64,000 nucleotides of DNA from Chloroflexota bacterium. Lineage in GTDB: Bacteria > Chloroflexota > UBA11872 > VXOZ01. Below the pieces are notes generated by a model. It saw only the letters and a program-made list of their open reading frames with translations, made no database searches and was not told the origin of the DNA. A program made the position numbers and the translations under genes. Every line of letters begins with the position of its first letter. Within the stretch, counting starts at the first letter, position 1. Below, piece by piece: positions 18,683 through 28,763 of this stretch. Where the stretch lies: positions 544,001-608,000 of the forward strand of contig OY760183.1 of assembly GCA_963663275.1 (NCBI GenBank). The letters run 5' to 3'.

Positions 18683-19687
18683 ATGCGTATTACCAGATAC
18701 CCTGCCCAATCACTGGATAGGACGTTCCTGTACAGTTCCCTTGTCCAGGTCGCTCTTGTGATTGCGGTAATCGTTGCGCTGCTGGCAGTAACGCTGCCTG
18801 CGCGCATCGCTTCGGCGGCACAACCCGGCGCATCTGCATCGCAGATGGAAGTCGTGATCGTGCCGCCTCGCATAACCATCGCTCTTGGCGAGGATGGTTC
18901 ACTGCAGTCGGTTACGACGAGCGTATTCATCGGTGGCGCGGCTACGCCGGTGAGTGTCTCGGCGGATGACCTGTCCGTGCTGGCAGGCTTCGGCCTTCCG
19001 GTAGACATGCTTCGTCTCGATGCTATGACAACCGGTCTGCTTACCAGTTCCGGTGTCGAGCACATTCAGGTCGTGAAGGGCGCAGACGGGATGATCGACG
19101 TCTACCTCAACGGCATGTACACCATTGGCGTGGACCTCGGTGAAGATGCGTCGAACTACGAGCGGGTACTGAGCCTGGTGGAAGGTTTCACCGGTTTCGT
19201 CATCCCCTTGAAGGACGTCGTGGTTCCCGTGGTGATCGCTTCCGGTGGCGATGTTGTGATCACGATCGGCGAGACGACCATGCCGGTACGTGAAGAAGGC
19301 GCGCCTTCCGGTTACGTGGCGCTTGAGCAGCAAGATATCGAGTTGATGGCCAAGGCCACGCTCAGCTACGATGCCGACGGCAAGCTGTCGGTGCTGGGTA
19401 TGTCGCCTTCCGCTCTTGGTATCGCTGGCACCGACTTGGCTCCGGCCATTGTCGGCCTCATGACGGCCAACGGCATTAGCCAGTTGAACGTCAAGATCAA
19501 CAACGACGGTCTTATGCTGGGCACCGGCGGTGAGATGCTCGCCAACGTTCGCTTGAGCGGCGTTGCGGCAGACCATGCCGTAGGAATGGCTGCCATCAGC
19601 CAGTTGGCGCCGGGCGTAGATGCCCTGCTGCCGTTCCTCGACCTGCGCGATCGCATTGACGTTGACCTGACGGTGAACCTGCCGTAA
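18683..19687 (+). CDS. Hypothetical exported protein
   Basis: AGGAGGAG RBS; hydrophobic signal with ASA-A site; shares motifs with the next gene. Confidence 0.8.
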   Translation: MRITRYPAQSLDRTFLYSSLVQVALVIAVIVALLAVTLPARIASAAQPGASASQMEVVIVPPRITIALGEDGSLQSVTTSVFIGGAATPVSVSADDLSVLAGFGLPVDMLRLDAMTTGLLTSSGVEHIQVVKGADGMIDVYLNGMYTIGVDLGEDASNYERVLSLVEGFTGFVIPLKDVVVPVVIASGGDVVITIGETTMPVREEGAPSGYVALEQQDIELMAKATLSYDADGKLSVLGMSPSALGIAGTDLAPAIVGLMTANGISQLNVKINNDGLMLGTGGEMLANVRLSGVAADHAVGMAAISQLAPGVDALLPFLDLRDRIDVDLTVNLP

Positions 19688-19751
19688 GAAGGGGTCGCTT
19701 GTAGTGTAAATCAGGAAAAGCACTACGCTCCCCCGTCATACGCAGGTGAAG

Positions 19752-19788
19752 TGAGGGATACCCTATGCGCCCCAAGGGTATCCCTCAT
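19752..19788 (+). terminator. Strong hairpin between the paralogues
   Basis: TGAGGGATACCCT..AGGGTATCCCTCA stem; short U-tail only. Confidence 0.5.
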
Positions 19789-19840
19789 TGCTTAGCAGAC
19801 GGAATCTCGGCATTACACTTAGACACGAACGCATGAATGC

Positions 19841-21139
19841 ATGCAAGCACAGAGAGGGAAGGCTATGACCACCTGGAGACGTTGGTGGGTGCCCGTACCA
19901 ATTCTGTGGTTGGTCCTTGTCATTATCGCTCTGATTGTGCTGGTAGGGATCGGCGGGGGACTCACTAAGTTCGCGGCAATCCTGTTCTTGGTGAGTTTCG
20001 GCCTGCTGTTCTCATTGCTCTACCTAGGCGCGGGGCTTGGCTATAAGGCAGGGTACCAACTCGGTGGTGGTACCGGTACCGGTCAGGCCGTGGGCATTGT
20101 CGGCCTGATCATCGGCGGAATAGTAGGCCTGCTGGCTTCGCTCTTGATCGTTTCTACCGGCTTTGTCAGCCACGGGCTTTCTACACCGTTCGCACCGGCG
20201 CGACTTACAGAGGTAGCCCCGGCTTCCGGCCCAGGGGCGCCGCCTGAGCGCGCTGAAGAGTCAATCGAAGTCTACGGCTTGCCGCAAGCGACCGTGCAGT
20301 TCGGCGAGAGCGGTAGCGTCAGCGGAGTTGAGGTCGGCCTGTTCCTCGCCGGACAGCAGTTCGACCTCAGCCTCTCCGAAAGCGAACTCGCCGATCTCGG
20401 TATCGGCGAAGTCCTGTCGGCTGACGCAATCGAAGCCCTGAAGGCGGCAAACCTACAACACATCCAAATCATCAAGGGGCCGGGCGGCGATATTGACGTC
20501 TACGCCAATGGCAGCTTTGCCCTGCGCGTTTCCGTCAACTACGAACAGGCCGCGCTCGATAAGGTCATCGACCTTGTCAAGGGTCTTGGCTATGACGTGG
20601 TCCTGCCCGATCTCGCTGTGCCCCTGGCGTTGGCGATGATTGGCACCGTCGCGGTGGACTTCCCCATGGCGGACGGCGCGGCGGCCGTCGAGAAATTCTC
20701 CGGCGAATCGTCGCAGCCTCCGGATGCGCCCAGCGCCGCCGACCCGCAGTACCCGCTGCTGATCGGCACGGTCCTGACCGCAAACGGCGACCTGCTCGTG
20801 CCTGACGTTGTCATCCTGGAAAATACCGCGCCTCTGCTCGAAGCCATCGGCTTGAACCTGAGCATGCCCGGTATGCTTCCGGCGGATACGGTGGCAGGCT
20901 TGAAGGAAGCCGGCCTCGCCGTTATCACCATCAAGCTGGTACCGCAAGGCCTCGACATCTACCTGGACGACGTGCATGCTATGACCGTCTTCCTGGGTGA
21001 TGAAGAGACCCTGCAGAACCTGAGCACGGTGGCGGCGGCCTTTGCCGGTGACGAAGCCGGAGATATGCTGGGTAGCGTGACGCCTCTGCTCGTGCGGCGC
21101 CACGAGTTGGCGGTTGACATCGTTGTGACCATTGAATAG
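19841..21139 (+). CDS. Hypothetical membrane-anchored protein, paralogue of the upstream gene
   Basis: About three N-terminal TM helices, then HIQIIKG.GG.IDVY.NG shared with 18683..19687; start may be 19864. Confidence 0.8.
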   Translation: MQAQRGKAMTTWRRWWVPVPILWLVLVIIALIVLVGIGGGLTKFAAILFLVSFGLLFSLLYLGAGLGYKAGYQLGGGTGTGQAVGIVGLIIGGIVGLLASLLIVSTGFVSHGLSTPFAPARLTEVAPASGPGAPPERAEESIEVYGLPQATVQFGESGSVSGVEVGLFLAGQQFDLSLSESELADLGIGEVLSADAIEALKAANLQHIQIIKGPGGDIDVYANGSFALRVSVNYEQAALDKVIDLVKGLGYDVVLPDLAVPLALAMIGTVAVDFPMADGAAAVEKFSGESSQPPDAPSAADPQYPLLIGTVLTANGDLLVPDVVILENTAPLLEAIGLNLSMPGMLPADTVAGLKEAGLAVITIKLVPQGLDIYLDDVHAMTVFLGDEETLQNLSTVAAAFAGDEAGDMLGSVTPLLVRRHELAVDIVVTIE

Positions 21140-21252
21140 CGCCTGCACTCTGTTCTTGCTTGGCAAGCCCTGCTTCTGCGCAGGGTAAGAGACGGCGGCG
21201 CAAAGATGGCTGTGGACTTGAGGGTCCACAGCCATCTTTCACTTTCCCCAAG

Positions 21253-21547
21253 GAGACCTTTGCACAACCCCTTCCCCATCGAGTGCTGATTGAGGGTATG
21301 TATTCTATATCCGACTTCACGTGTCGTTCCGAACGGAGCGCGGCGGAGAGAGTATTCTAGAGATGCTGGTTCTAGAGGGCTGTGCTCTGGATTCCTCTCT
21401 CCGCTCGGAATGACACTCGCATTCCCCTGTCAGCCCATTGAGGGGGAAAGGTTGAGATGGGGGTGGAAAGACCCGCCATCACGCCATTTACAGTTGCAAG
21501 TGCAGTCTGGATTCCGGCTCTCGCCGGCATGACGGAGTTGCGCAAAG
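21253..21547. mobile_element. Decayed MITE family B containing MITE family A copy 2 (21286-21433)
   Basis: GAGACCTTTGCAC left end, decayed right end; inner element flanked by CCCATCGAGTG/CCCATTGAGGG. Confidence 0.7.
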
Positions 21548-21624
21548 CAATGCCGCCGTTGCGCGTACGCCACGATACCTGCTATGCTGTCTAGTGCGCG
21601 TGCGTGAGCACCGCAGACAATTTC

Positions 21625-21810
21625 ATAGGCCGTTGACCGCAGGCGCTCCCAAATGCGGGAGCATAATCCTCAGAGCAAGAGGCGAAGCCTGTCCAGGCAC
21701 AATCCGCAGAGCCCGCCCGCCGTTGCGCGCTGCCCATCGCGGCAGTGTGGCGCAGGCGCGGCGCGCAGGCTGCGCCCAGCCTTGGTCAACCGCCAGGGCT
21801 TTTTTCATTT
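21625..21810 (+). promoter_or_regulatory. Ribosomal protein L10 leader with attenuator-like hairpin
   Basis: GACCGCAGG..ATAA..GCCTGTCCAGG structure upstream of rplJ; GCCTTGG..CCAGGGC followed by TTTTTT before the RBS. Confidence 0.7.
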
Positions 21811-21831
21811 GTAGAGAGGAGGTGATGCGCT

Positions 21832-22365
21832 TTGGCAACTCGTGAAGAGAAAGCCGTAATCATCGATGAGTTGCGTGAACGGCTGCGCGGCACGGACCTG
21901 GTGATCGTTGCCGACTTTCGCGGCCTCACGGTGGGGCAGATGCAAACGCTCCGGCGCGACCTGCGGGCCGCGGGCGGCCAGTTCAGAGTGGCCAAGAACA
22001 CGCTGCTGCGCCTGGCGGCCGAGCGGGAAGACCAGGCGGACCTCGTCCCGCTGCTCGATGGCCCAAGCGGCATAGCTTTCGCCGACGGCGACATGGTGAC
22101 GGTGGCGAAAGCCGTGACCACCTTTGCCAAGAGCGTGGATGCCCTCCAGGTGCGCGGCGGCCTGATGAACGGACAGGGCATAGACGCGGAAGGCGTGGCC
22201 GCGCTGGCGGCGCTGCCCTCCCGCGAGGAGTTGCTGGCCAAGATGCTGGGCAGCATGCAAGCCCCCGCTTCCAATCTGGTGGGCGTGCTCAGCGGCGTGA
22301 CCCGCAGCCTGGCCTACGTGCTGCAAGCCCGCGCCGATCAACTCCAGCAGGCGGAAAGCGCGTAG
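21832..22365 (+). CDS. rplJ: 50S ribosomal protein L10
   Basis: DFRGLTV, VAKNTL, LPSREELLAK; GGAGGTG RBS; TTG start. Confidence 0.97.
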   Translation: MATREEKAVIIDELRERLRGTDLVIVADFRGLTVGQMQTLRRDLRAAGGQFRVAKNTLLRLAAEREDQADLVPLLDGPSGIAFADGDMVTVAKAVTTFAKSVDALQVRGGLMNGQGIDAEGVAALAALPSREELLAKMLGSMQAPASNLVGVLSGVTRSLAYVLQARADQLQQAESA

Positions 22366-22465
22366 GCGGCAGCGCACCGCTGTGCGCCGCGCCGAGCGCG
22401 CTTGCGCATCCCAACCATAGCGAGACCCGCACAAGACGGACGCCATGCGAAAAGGAGGAATGACC

Positions 22466-22852
22466 ATGGCACAGACAATCTCGACTGAGGACATTATCGG
22501 GGCTATCGAGAACATGACGCTGCTCGAGGTGTCGGAACTGGTGAAGGCGCTGGAAGAGAAATTCGGCGTCTCGGCCGCCGCGCCGGTCGCGGTGGCGGCA
22601 GCCTCCGGCGACGGCGACGGCGCCGCGGCTGAGGAAGAGAAGGATTCGTTCGACGTGGTGCTCACCGAGATCGGCGATAAGAAGATCCAGGTCATCAAGG
22701 CGGTGCGCGAACTCACCGGCCTGGGCCTGCGGGAAGCTAAAGCCGCCGTGGAAGCCGCGCCGAACCCAATCAAAGAAGAGGTCGCCAAGGAAGAGGCCGA
22801 GGAAGCCAAGGCCAAGCTGGAAGAGGTCGGCGCTTCCGTCGAACTCAAGTAA
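22466..22852 (+). CDS. rplL: 50S ribosomal protein L7/L12
   Basis: [32 protein letters not shown]. Confidence 0.98.
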   Translation: MAQTISTEDIIGAIENMTLLEVSELVKALEEKFGVSAAAPVAVAAASGDGDGAAAEEEKDSFDVVLTEIGDKKIQVIKAVRELTGLGLREAKAAVEAAPNPIKEEVAKEEAEEAKAKLEEVGASVELK

Positions 22853-22859
22853 CGCCAGA

Positions 22860-23312
22860 CATCCGGTAGCGTAGGTTTGTATCCTGCGCCCCACGCGGGG
22901 CCGTTCCCCCTGCCCAGAGGCGGGGGACAAGCCCCCGCGCTACGTGGCGGCAGGCGATGGGCCGATCATCGACGCGGAAATGGGTGTCCCCGCCATACGC
23001 CGCCGCCACCCATCCGGTAGCGCAGGTTTGTAACCTGCGCTACCGGACCCTTCGCCCTTGCCCGGTGGCGGGGGACAAGCCCCCGCGCTACGTGGCGGCG
23101 GACTATGAGCCAATCATCGACGCGGAAACGGGTGTCCCCGCCATCCATCCGGTGTCATCACCCATCCGGTAACGCCAACCGTCCGACGCCATCATTCCGG
23201 TAGCGCAGGTTTGTAACCTGCGCCGCCTACCGGACCCTTCGCCCTTGCCCGGTGGCGGGGGACAAGCCCCCGCGCTACGTGGCGGCGGGCAATGGGCCAA
23301 TCATCGACGCGC
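22860..23312. repeat. BIME-like array of alternating REPs (3 units)
   Basis: CCGGTAGCGCAGGTTTGTAACCTGCG alternates with GGCGGGGGACAAGCCCCCGCGCTACGTGGCGGC and ATCATCGACGCG. Confidence 0.88.
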
Positions 23313-23352
23313 TCGTGCGCGCCGCCCGTCGTCTTTGCGCCGGCGCCGGGGT

Positions 23353-24036
23353 TTAGGACTCTTCCGTCTCTTCTTCCGGGCTATCCAGGACGAAGGTAAC
23401 GCCCAGGTCCATAAGTTCCTTGAAGGCTTCCGCCAGGCTCAGGAGGCTGCGGCCTTTGGTGGTGAACTGGAACTCATGGCGTTCGCCGAGCAGGCCGAAG
23501 AAGATCTTCTTCAGTTCATCGGACAGGCAATCGTGCCCCACCAGCGTCATCACCGCCTGCATTTCCAGTTCAGGGGCGGGCGTGCGCGCAATGTCGCGGT
23601 CCGTCACAATCGTCTGGAACTTGCTCAGCGCGTCGATGCCGCGCCGGTCGAGCAGTTCTACCACGGTCGGTTCCAGGACCGCGCGCACCGTATCGGCAAA
23701 TTCCTCCCGCGTGCGCTCGGCGTTGCGCCCGGCCTGGTAACGGAAGATGTCGTGGTAGCCGGGCAGCATGAGCGAGGGCGCGATGTAGTCCGACGTCACG
23801 TCGAACGTAGTGCCGCGGGTACGGCTCTCGTGCTTCACGCCAAAGCCTAGCTGCGTAAGCCGCCCCAAACTCTCCTCCTGCACGCGCGAAGGGCTGAACT
23901 CCTGCCCCTTCATTGTGCGCCGCGCCGACTCATACAGAATCTCGATATGCTGATCGCCCAGGTCGCGAGCGTACATCTCGCGCACCTTCGTGATCAGGTC
24001 GTCAACCTTTATCTGTTTCGCCATGTCTACAGCCAT
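23353..24036 (-). CDS. Hypothetical protein
   Basis: 227-aa ORF with host-like codon use and GAGAGGG RBS; no family recognised. Confidence 0.7.
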   Translation of the reverse strand: MAVDMAKQIKVDDLITKVREMYARDLGDQHIEILYESARRTMKGQEFSPSRVQEESLGRLTQLGFGVKHESRTRGTTFDVTSDYIAPSLMLPGYHDIFRYQAGRNAERTREEFADTVRAVLEPTVVELLDRRGIDALSKFQTIVTDRDIARTPAPELEMQAVMTLVGHDCLSDELKKIFFGLLGERHEFQFTTKGRSLLSLAEAFKELMDLGVTFVLDSPEEETEES

Positions 24037-24278
24037 GAGCGCCCTCTCTTCCGTACACGCTTGCCGCTGAACTCGTCTGCCTTGCTTTGCGCTTAGCTTA
24101 CCGCGCGGTCGATTCTCCTGCCCACACGCTACCATGCGTATAGGCGAGCGTCAAGCAGTGCGCAGGCGGCGGTTGCGCGCGGCCCGGCCGCGGCCATGCT
24201 TGGCACAGGCCGACTCCGTTTGCTACGATGGAACGAAGTATATCGGCTCGAAGCACACCGGAGGAAGCGCGTGCGCCA

Positions 24279-25109
24279 ATGCCGGGCCAGGCTACCGCTA
24301 GAAGCGTTTTGCGGGCTTTGAATGCGCTCAACATCCTGCCGGCGCTCCTGGCGCGGAGGCGGCAAGCAGCGGACGAAAGCCGCCCGCCGCGCGGGTTAGC
24401 GCCCGTGAAGCGGCTGAAGCGGCGTCAACTCTTGCAGTCCGCGGGCCTGCTTATGCCGGCGCCCAAGCTGGCGCCCGCGCTTTCTTTGCGCGCCGCCGAG
24501 CGGCCGGAGCCGCTCTATCAGCTTCCCTTCGCCACGCCGCCGGGCCCCAGCACCTGGTACGTGGAGCAGTGGTACGGCAATACGAACATCGCCTACCGTT
24601 TGCGCAACACGGTCTATTATCAGGGGCAAGGGCTGCACTTCGGCATCGACTTTGCCTGCCCGTGCGAGACTGAGGTGCGAGCGATTGGCGACGGCGTGGT
24701 GGTCGGCGCGGACGACCTCTCCTACGGCGCGGGCCCCCATAACGCCATCGTGCAGCATCCCAACGGCGATCTCTCCCTGTACGGACATTTGCGCCGGTTT
24801 CCGGCGGTACGCTGGGGGCAAGCGGTAGCGGCGGGGGAACTCATCGGCTACTCCGGCGATTGGCTCGATAACGTAGGCTGCGCGGCCTCGGCCCATCTCC
24901 ACCTTGAAATCCGGCGGCCAAACCGCAACTCTGCGGTAAATCCGGCGCCTTTGATCAAGGCCGATTGGCACAACCTCGCCCTGGGCCGCTTTCTGGGGTT
25001 CGTGCAAGACCTGGACGACCCGCGCCGCTGGCAGACGCTCGAAGACCAGCCGGACACGACGTTCGGCGGGCGTGTCCTGAACGACTACGCCCGCCTGTGG
25101 ATGCCCTAG
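24279..25109 (+). CDS. M23-family metallopeptidase
   Basis: HFGIDF, YGHL, HLHLE motifs; start uncertain. Confidence 0.9.
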   Translation: MPGQATARSVLRALNALNILPALLARRRQAADESRPPRGLAPVKRLKRRQLLQSAGLLMPAPKLAPALSLRAAERPEPLYQLPFATPPGPSTWYVEQWYGNTNIAYRLRNTVYYQGQGLHFGIDFACPCETEVRAIGDGVVVGADDLSYGAGPHNAIVQHPNGDLSLYGHLRRFPAVRWGQAVAAGELIGYSGDWLDNVGCAASAHLHLEIRRPNRNSAVNPAPLIKADWHNLALGRFLGFVQDLDDPRRWQTLEDQPDTTFGGRVLNDYARLWMP

Positions 25110-25115
25110 CGCGCC

Positions 25116-26249
25116 ATGGCACGGCACGCGCGGCGGCTGGGCGCAACACTTCTCTTGGGTCTCAGCGTCTTGCTGGGCGGCGCATGCGCGGTGGAATACG
25201 TGCCGGACGCCCAAGGCACGCCGCGGGCCGTGCTCCGGGTTCCCAGCACGCCGGCGCCGGCCGGCCTGCCGGCCGCCGGCATGACGCTCACGCCCACCCC
25301 GACGCCGGCGCTGCGGCGCTTGACCGAACCCGGCTGTTGCAGCGGCGTCGGGTGGTCCGCCGACGGGACGCGGGTGCTCTACGTGGATAAGCCGGATGGA
25401 CGCCCGGCGGCGCTATGGGGCGTTGCCGCCGCCACGGGAGAGCAAGCGCCGTACAGCGCGGTGGTTGGCGCGCTCCAATTCGCCGACCGGTACGTGATCG
25501 CGCGGCAACCGTCCTCGGCGCAAAGCGTCACCGTCCACGACCGGGAGACGGAAGCGCGTTTGGACGTGTGGGGCGTCGGCGGTTTTCCGCTGGTTTCGCC
25601 GGACGGCGCCCGCATCGCCTACACCGCGCACGTTGCCTGGCAGCCGGTCGCCTTCAGCCGCCGCCTGGCCCCGATCATGGTGGCGGCGCTGGACGGCGCC
25701 GAGCCGCGCCAACTGGTGACGCTCTACGGCGGCGGCGTTGTGGAATGGTTCCCGGATTCGTCACGGCTGCTGCTGTTCGGCAGGCAGGATCCCTACACTG
25801 AGCGCCCGTCGCTTTGGGAAATGGACGCGGCAACCGGCGCGCTGGAGCATCTGGCCGCCGCCGCGCGCCTGCGCAACATCTCGCTTTCGCCCGATGGCGC
25901 GTGGGTGGTGTTTCTCGCGCTGTTCGAGCAAGACCCGTATCGCAACACCACTTGGGCGCTGCACGTGGACACGGGCGCGCAACGGCGGCTGAATTTCGCG
26001 GGTACGTACGGCTGGGTCGGCGGTGAGCCCGCCACGCTCATCTACGTGCCGCCGCGCCGCACACCGGACGAAGGCTTCAGCGTGTGGAAGCTGGACGTGG
26101 CTACCGGCGAACGCGCCCGCCTTACCGACCCGGCCCAGACGCCGCTCTTCATCGCCAACGGCGATTGGGCGCTGTCCCCGGACGGCACGCGCGTAGCGTT
26201 CGTCTCGGCTGAGGACTACGCCATCTGGCTGCTGGAGATGAATCCATAG
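25116..26249 (+). CDS. TolB-like beta-propeller lipoprotein
   Basis: Lipobox GGAC; repeated WSADG/SPDG motifs. Confidence 0.8.
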   Translation: MARHARRLGATLLLGLSVLLGGACAVEYVPDAQGTPRAVLRVPSTPAPAGLPAAGMTLTPTPTPALRRLTEPGCCSGVGWSADGTRVLYVDKPDGRPAALWGVAAATGEQAPYSAVVGALQFADRYVIARQPSSAQSVTVHDRETEARLDVWGVGGFPLVSPDGARIAYTAHVAWQPVAFSRRLAPIMVAALDGAEPRQLVTLYGGGVVEWFPDSSRLLLFGRQDPYTERPSLWEMDAATGALEHLAAAARLRNISLSPDGAWVVFLALFEQDPYRNTTWALHVDTGAQRRLNFAGTYGWVGGEPATLIYVPPRRTPDEGFSVWKLDVATGERARLTDPAQTPLFIANGDWALSPDGTRVAFVSAEDYAIWLLEMNP

Positions 26250-26481
26250 TTAGCCAAACGCTGCCGCATCAACCGCAGTCGTGGCAACAAGGACGTAGGA
26301 GCACGACCATGACGGGGTAGGGGCACGACGTGTCGTGCCCCTACCCCGTCATGGTAGAGTCGCATCAACGTAGCGCGGGGGCTTGTCCCCCGCCTCGTTG
26401 GCACGCCTATGCGCGGGCGGCCTCGCCTGACCGGAAAATTCGAGGAACGCTGCCGCGAATTCACTGAATGCCACGGGTTAT

Positions 26482-26934
26482 ATGCGCGTATTCACCCTTG
26501 AAACGACTCTCTGGCTGCCGCAGCCGGCAGACCGCGTATTCTCCTTCTTCGCGGACGCGGCCAACCTGGAGACCCTCACGCCGCCCTGGCTGCGCTTCCG
26601 CATTCTCACGCCCTTGCCAATCGCCATGGCCGCCGGCGCCCGCCTCGACTACCGCCTGCGCTACCGCGGCTTTCCCCTGCGCTGGCGCACCGAGATTCTG
26701 ACCTGGGAGCCGCCGCACCGGTTCGTGGACAGCCAGATCAAAGGTCCTTACCGCCGCTGGGTGCACGAGCACACCTTCGCGGAGCGGGATGGCGGCACCC
26801 TGGCAACGGACAACGTGGAGTACGCCCTGCTGGGCGGCGCGCTCACCAACGCCCTCCTCATCGGCCGCGACGTGGAGCGCATCTTCGCCTACCGGCGGCA
26901 ACGGCTCCTGGACGTCTTTGGTGAAGCGCCCTGA
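26482..26934 (+). CDS. SRPBCC-family protein
   Basis: VFSFFADAANLETLTPPW, FVDSQIKGPY..W.HEH.F. Confidence 0.88.
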   Translation: MRVFTLETTLWLPQPADRVFSFFADAANLETLTPPWLRFRILTPLPIAMAAGARLDYRLRYRGFPLRWRTEILTWEPPHRFVDSQIKGPYRRWVHEHTFAERDGGTLATDNVEYALLGGALTNALLIGRDVERIFAYRRQRLLDVFGEAP

Positions 26935-26974
26935 CAGCGGCTTAACAGCGGCTTAACAGCGCCCTAACAACACC

Positions 26975-28414
26975 CTAGATGTTGTGAATATCCTGCCACT
27001 CGGTGTGGAACGCGCCGTCTTTGTCCACGCGCTGGTACGTGTGCGCGCCGAAGTAGTCGCGCTGGGCCTGCACAAGATTGGCGGGTAAACGCGCCGTGCG
27101 GTAGCCCTCGATGTAGTTCAGCGCGGCGCTCATGGCCGGGATGGGCAGGCCCTGGGAGACGGCCGCCGCCACGATGCGGCGCAGGCCCGGCGCGCGCTGC
27201 CGCACGTCGGTGGCGAACGGTTCCGCCAGCATCAGATTGGGCAGCGCCGGATCAGCCGCGAACGCCTGCTTGATTGGCTCCAGCAGCAGCGAGCGGATGA
27301 TGCAGCCGCCTTTCCAGATGCGCGCAACGGTGGCGAAGTCCAGATTGTAGTTCCGTTCGGCGGATGCCGCCGTGAGCAGATGCATGCCCTGCGCGTAAGC
27401 GGAAACCGCGGAAAGATACACGGCGTCTTGCAAGGCGGGCAGCAATTCTTCCCGTGAACCGTCGAAGCGCGGCGACGCGCCGTGCAGGATGCCGTCGGCT
27501 TGCTCGCGGATTTCCTTGAAACTGGAGAGTATCCGCGCTTCGGTAGCGGCGGTGATGGTGGGAATGGGGATGCCGTGGTCCAGCGCGCTCTGGGAGGTCC
27601 ACTTGCCCGTGCCCTTCTGCGCCGCGCTGTCCTGGATGATATCGACCACGAACTTGTCGGTATCCGGGTCTTTGCGCGTCAGGATGTCGGCGGTGATCTC
27701 CACCAGGAACGATTGCAGTTCCCCGGCGTTCCATCCGGCAACCACTTCCTGGATTTCCGGCACGGTCATGCCCAGGCCGCGCCGCATCAGGTCGAAGGCC
27801 TCGGCCAGCACCTGCATGATGCCGTACTCGATGCCGTTGTGCACCATCTTGACGTAGTGCCCCGCCGAGCCCGGGCCCAGGTAGGCGCAGCAGGGGCCGT
27901 CGTCCACCTGCGCCGCGATCTTGGTGAAGATCGGCTCCACCGCGGCATAGGCCGCCTCGGTGCCGCCGGGCATGATGGAAGGCCCGTGCAGTGCGCCGTA
28001 CTCGCCGCCGCTCACGCCGGTGCCGATGTAGCCCCGTCCCTCCGCCTCCACGTGGGCGGCACGCCGTTCGGTATCGTCGTAGAACGAATTGCCGCCGTCG
28101 ATGATGAGGTCGCCGGGGTCGAGCAGCGGCAGCAAGGCGTCGATCACCGCGTCCGTACCCGCGCCGGCCTGCACCATGAGCATCGCCTTGCGCGGCGGCT
28201 TCAGCGCCGCCACGAAATCCTCCAGCGTCAGCGCGCCCACCACGTTCTTGCCGTGCGCCCGCTCTTCCATGAAGGCCTCCGTGCGCGAGGTCGTCCGGTT
28301 GAAGACGGCCACGGTGAAGCCTTTGCTCTCGATGTTCAAGGCCAGGTTCTGCCCCATCACCGCCATGCCAATGACACCGATGTCCGCGCTGGCGTCCGCT
28401 TGTTGTTCAGCCAT
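26975..28414 (-). CDS. gndA: NADP-dependent 6-phosphogluconate dehydrogenase
   Basis: GMAVMGQNLALN, GVSGGE, KMVHNGIEY, QKGTGKW, QAQRDYFGAHTY. Confidence 0.97.
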   Translation of the reverse strand: MAEQQADASADIGVIGMAVMGQNLALNIESKGFTVAVFNRTTSRTEAFMEERAHGKNVVGALTLEDFVAALKPPRKAMLMVQAGAGTDAVIDALLPLLDPGDLIIDGGNSFYDDTERRAAHVEAEGRGYIGTGVSGGEYGALHGPSIMPGGTEAAYAAVEPIFTKIAAQVDDGPCCAYLGPGSAGHYVKMVHNGIEYGIMQVLAEAFDLMRRGLGMTVPEIQEVVAGWNAGELQSFLVEITADILTRKDPDTDKFVVDIIQDSAAQKGTGKWTSQSALDHGIPIPTITAATEARILSSFKEIREQADGILHGASPRFDGSREELLPALQDAVYLSAVSAYAQGMHLLTAASAERNYNLDFATVARIWKGGCIIRSLLLEPIKQAFAADPALPNLMLAEPFATDVRQRAPGLRRIVAAAVSQGLPIPAMSAALNYIEGYRTARLPANLVQAQRDYFGAHTYQRVDKDGAFHTEWQDIHNI

Positions 28415-28763
28415 GTTGCTTTTCCTTTTCCCCTTTGCATGAGCGCGTCAATGGCGCCCTGTTCCTAGCGTTACCTGGAGAGGAACGCGCAATGGCAGCC
28501 GCCACCGCCGGCGGCCCGCGCTGTTCCTGCGCTTGATTGTAGCAGGTAGTTCGGGAATTTGGTTGCGCCTGCCGCCGGCCGGTAGGCCCGTGCCCGAGGT
28601 GGGCCGCGTCCCCACGCTGCCGAGGGAGCGCCGGACGCCGCGCGACGGGCAAGAACCGCCAAGTAGACAAAACGCCGCCTATTTGGTCAAATAGGTACAG
28701 CCCGGCATGGGCAGCCTGAACAGCCTGCCGCCAGTCCCCAAAGCGAGGAACCCGCGCCCACCC

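Noticed and set aside
22860-23312. Possible CRISPR array
   Set aside because: Units are alternating dispersed REP families and the spacers resemble each other
26932-26975. 11-bp TAACAGCGGCT repeats between convergent genes
   Set aside because: Short, decaying tandem repeat consistent with slippage
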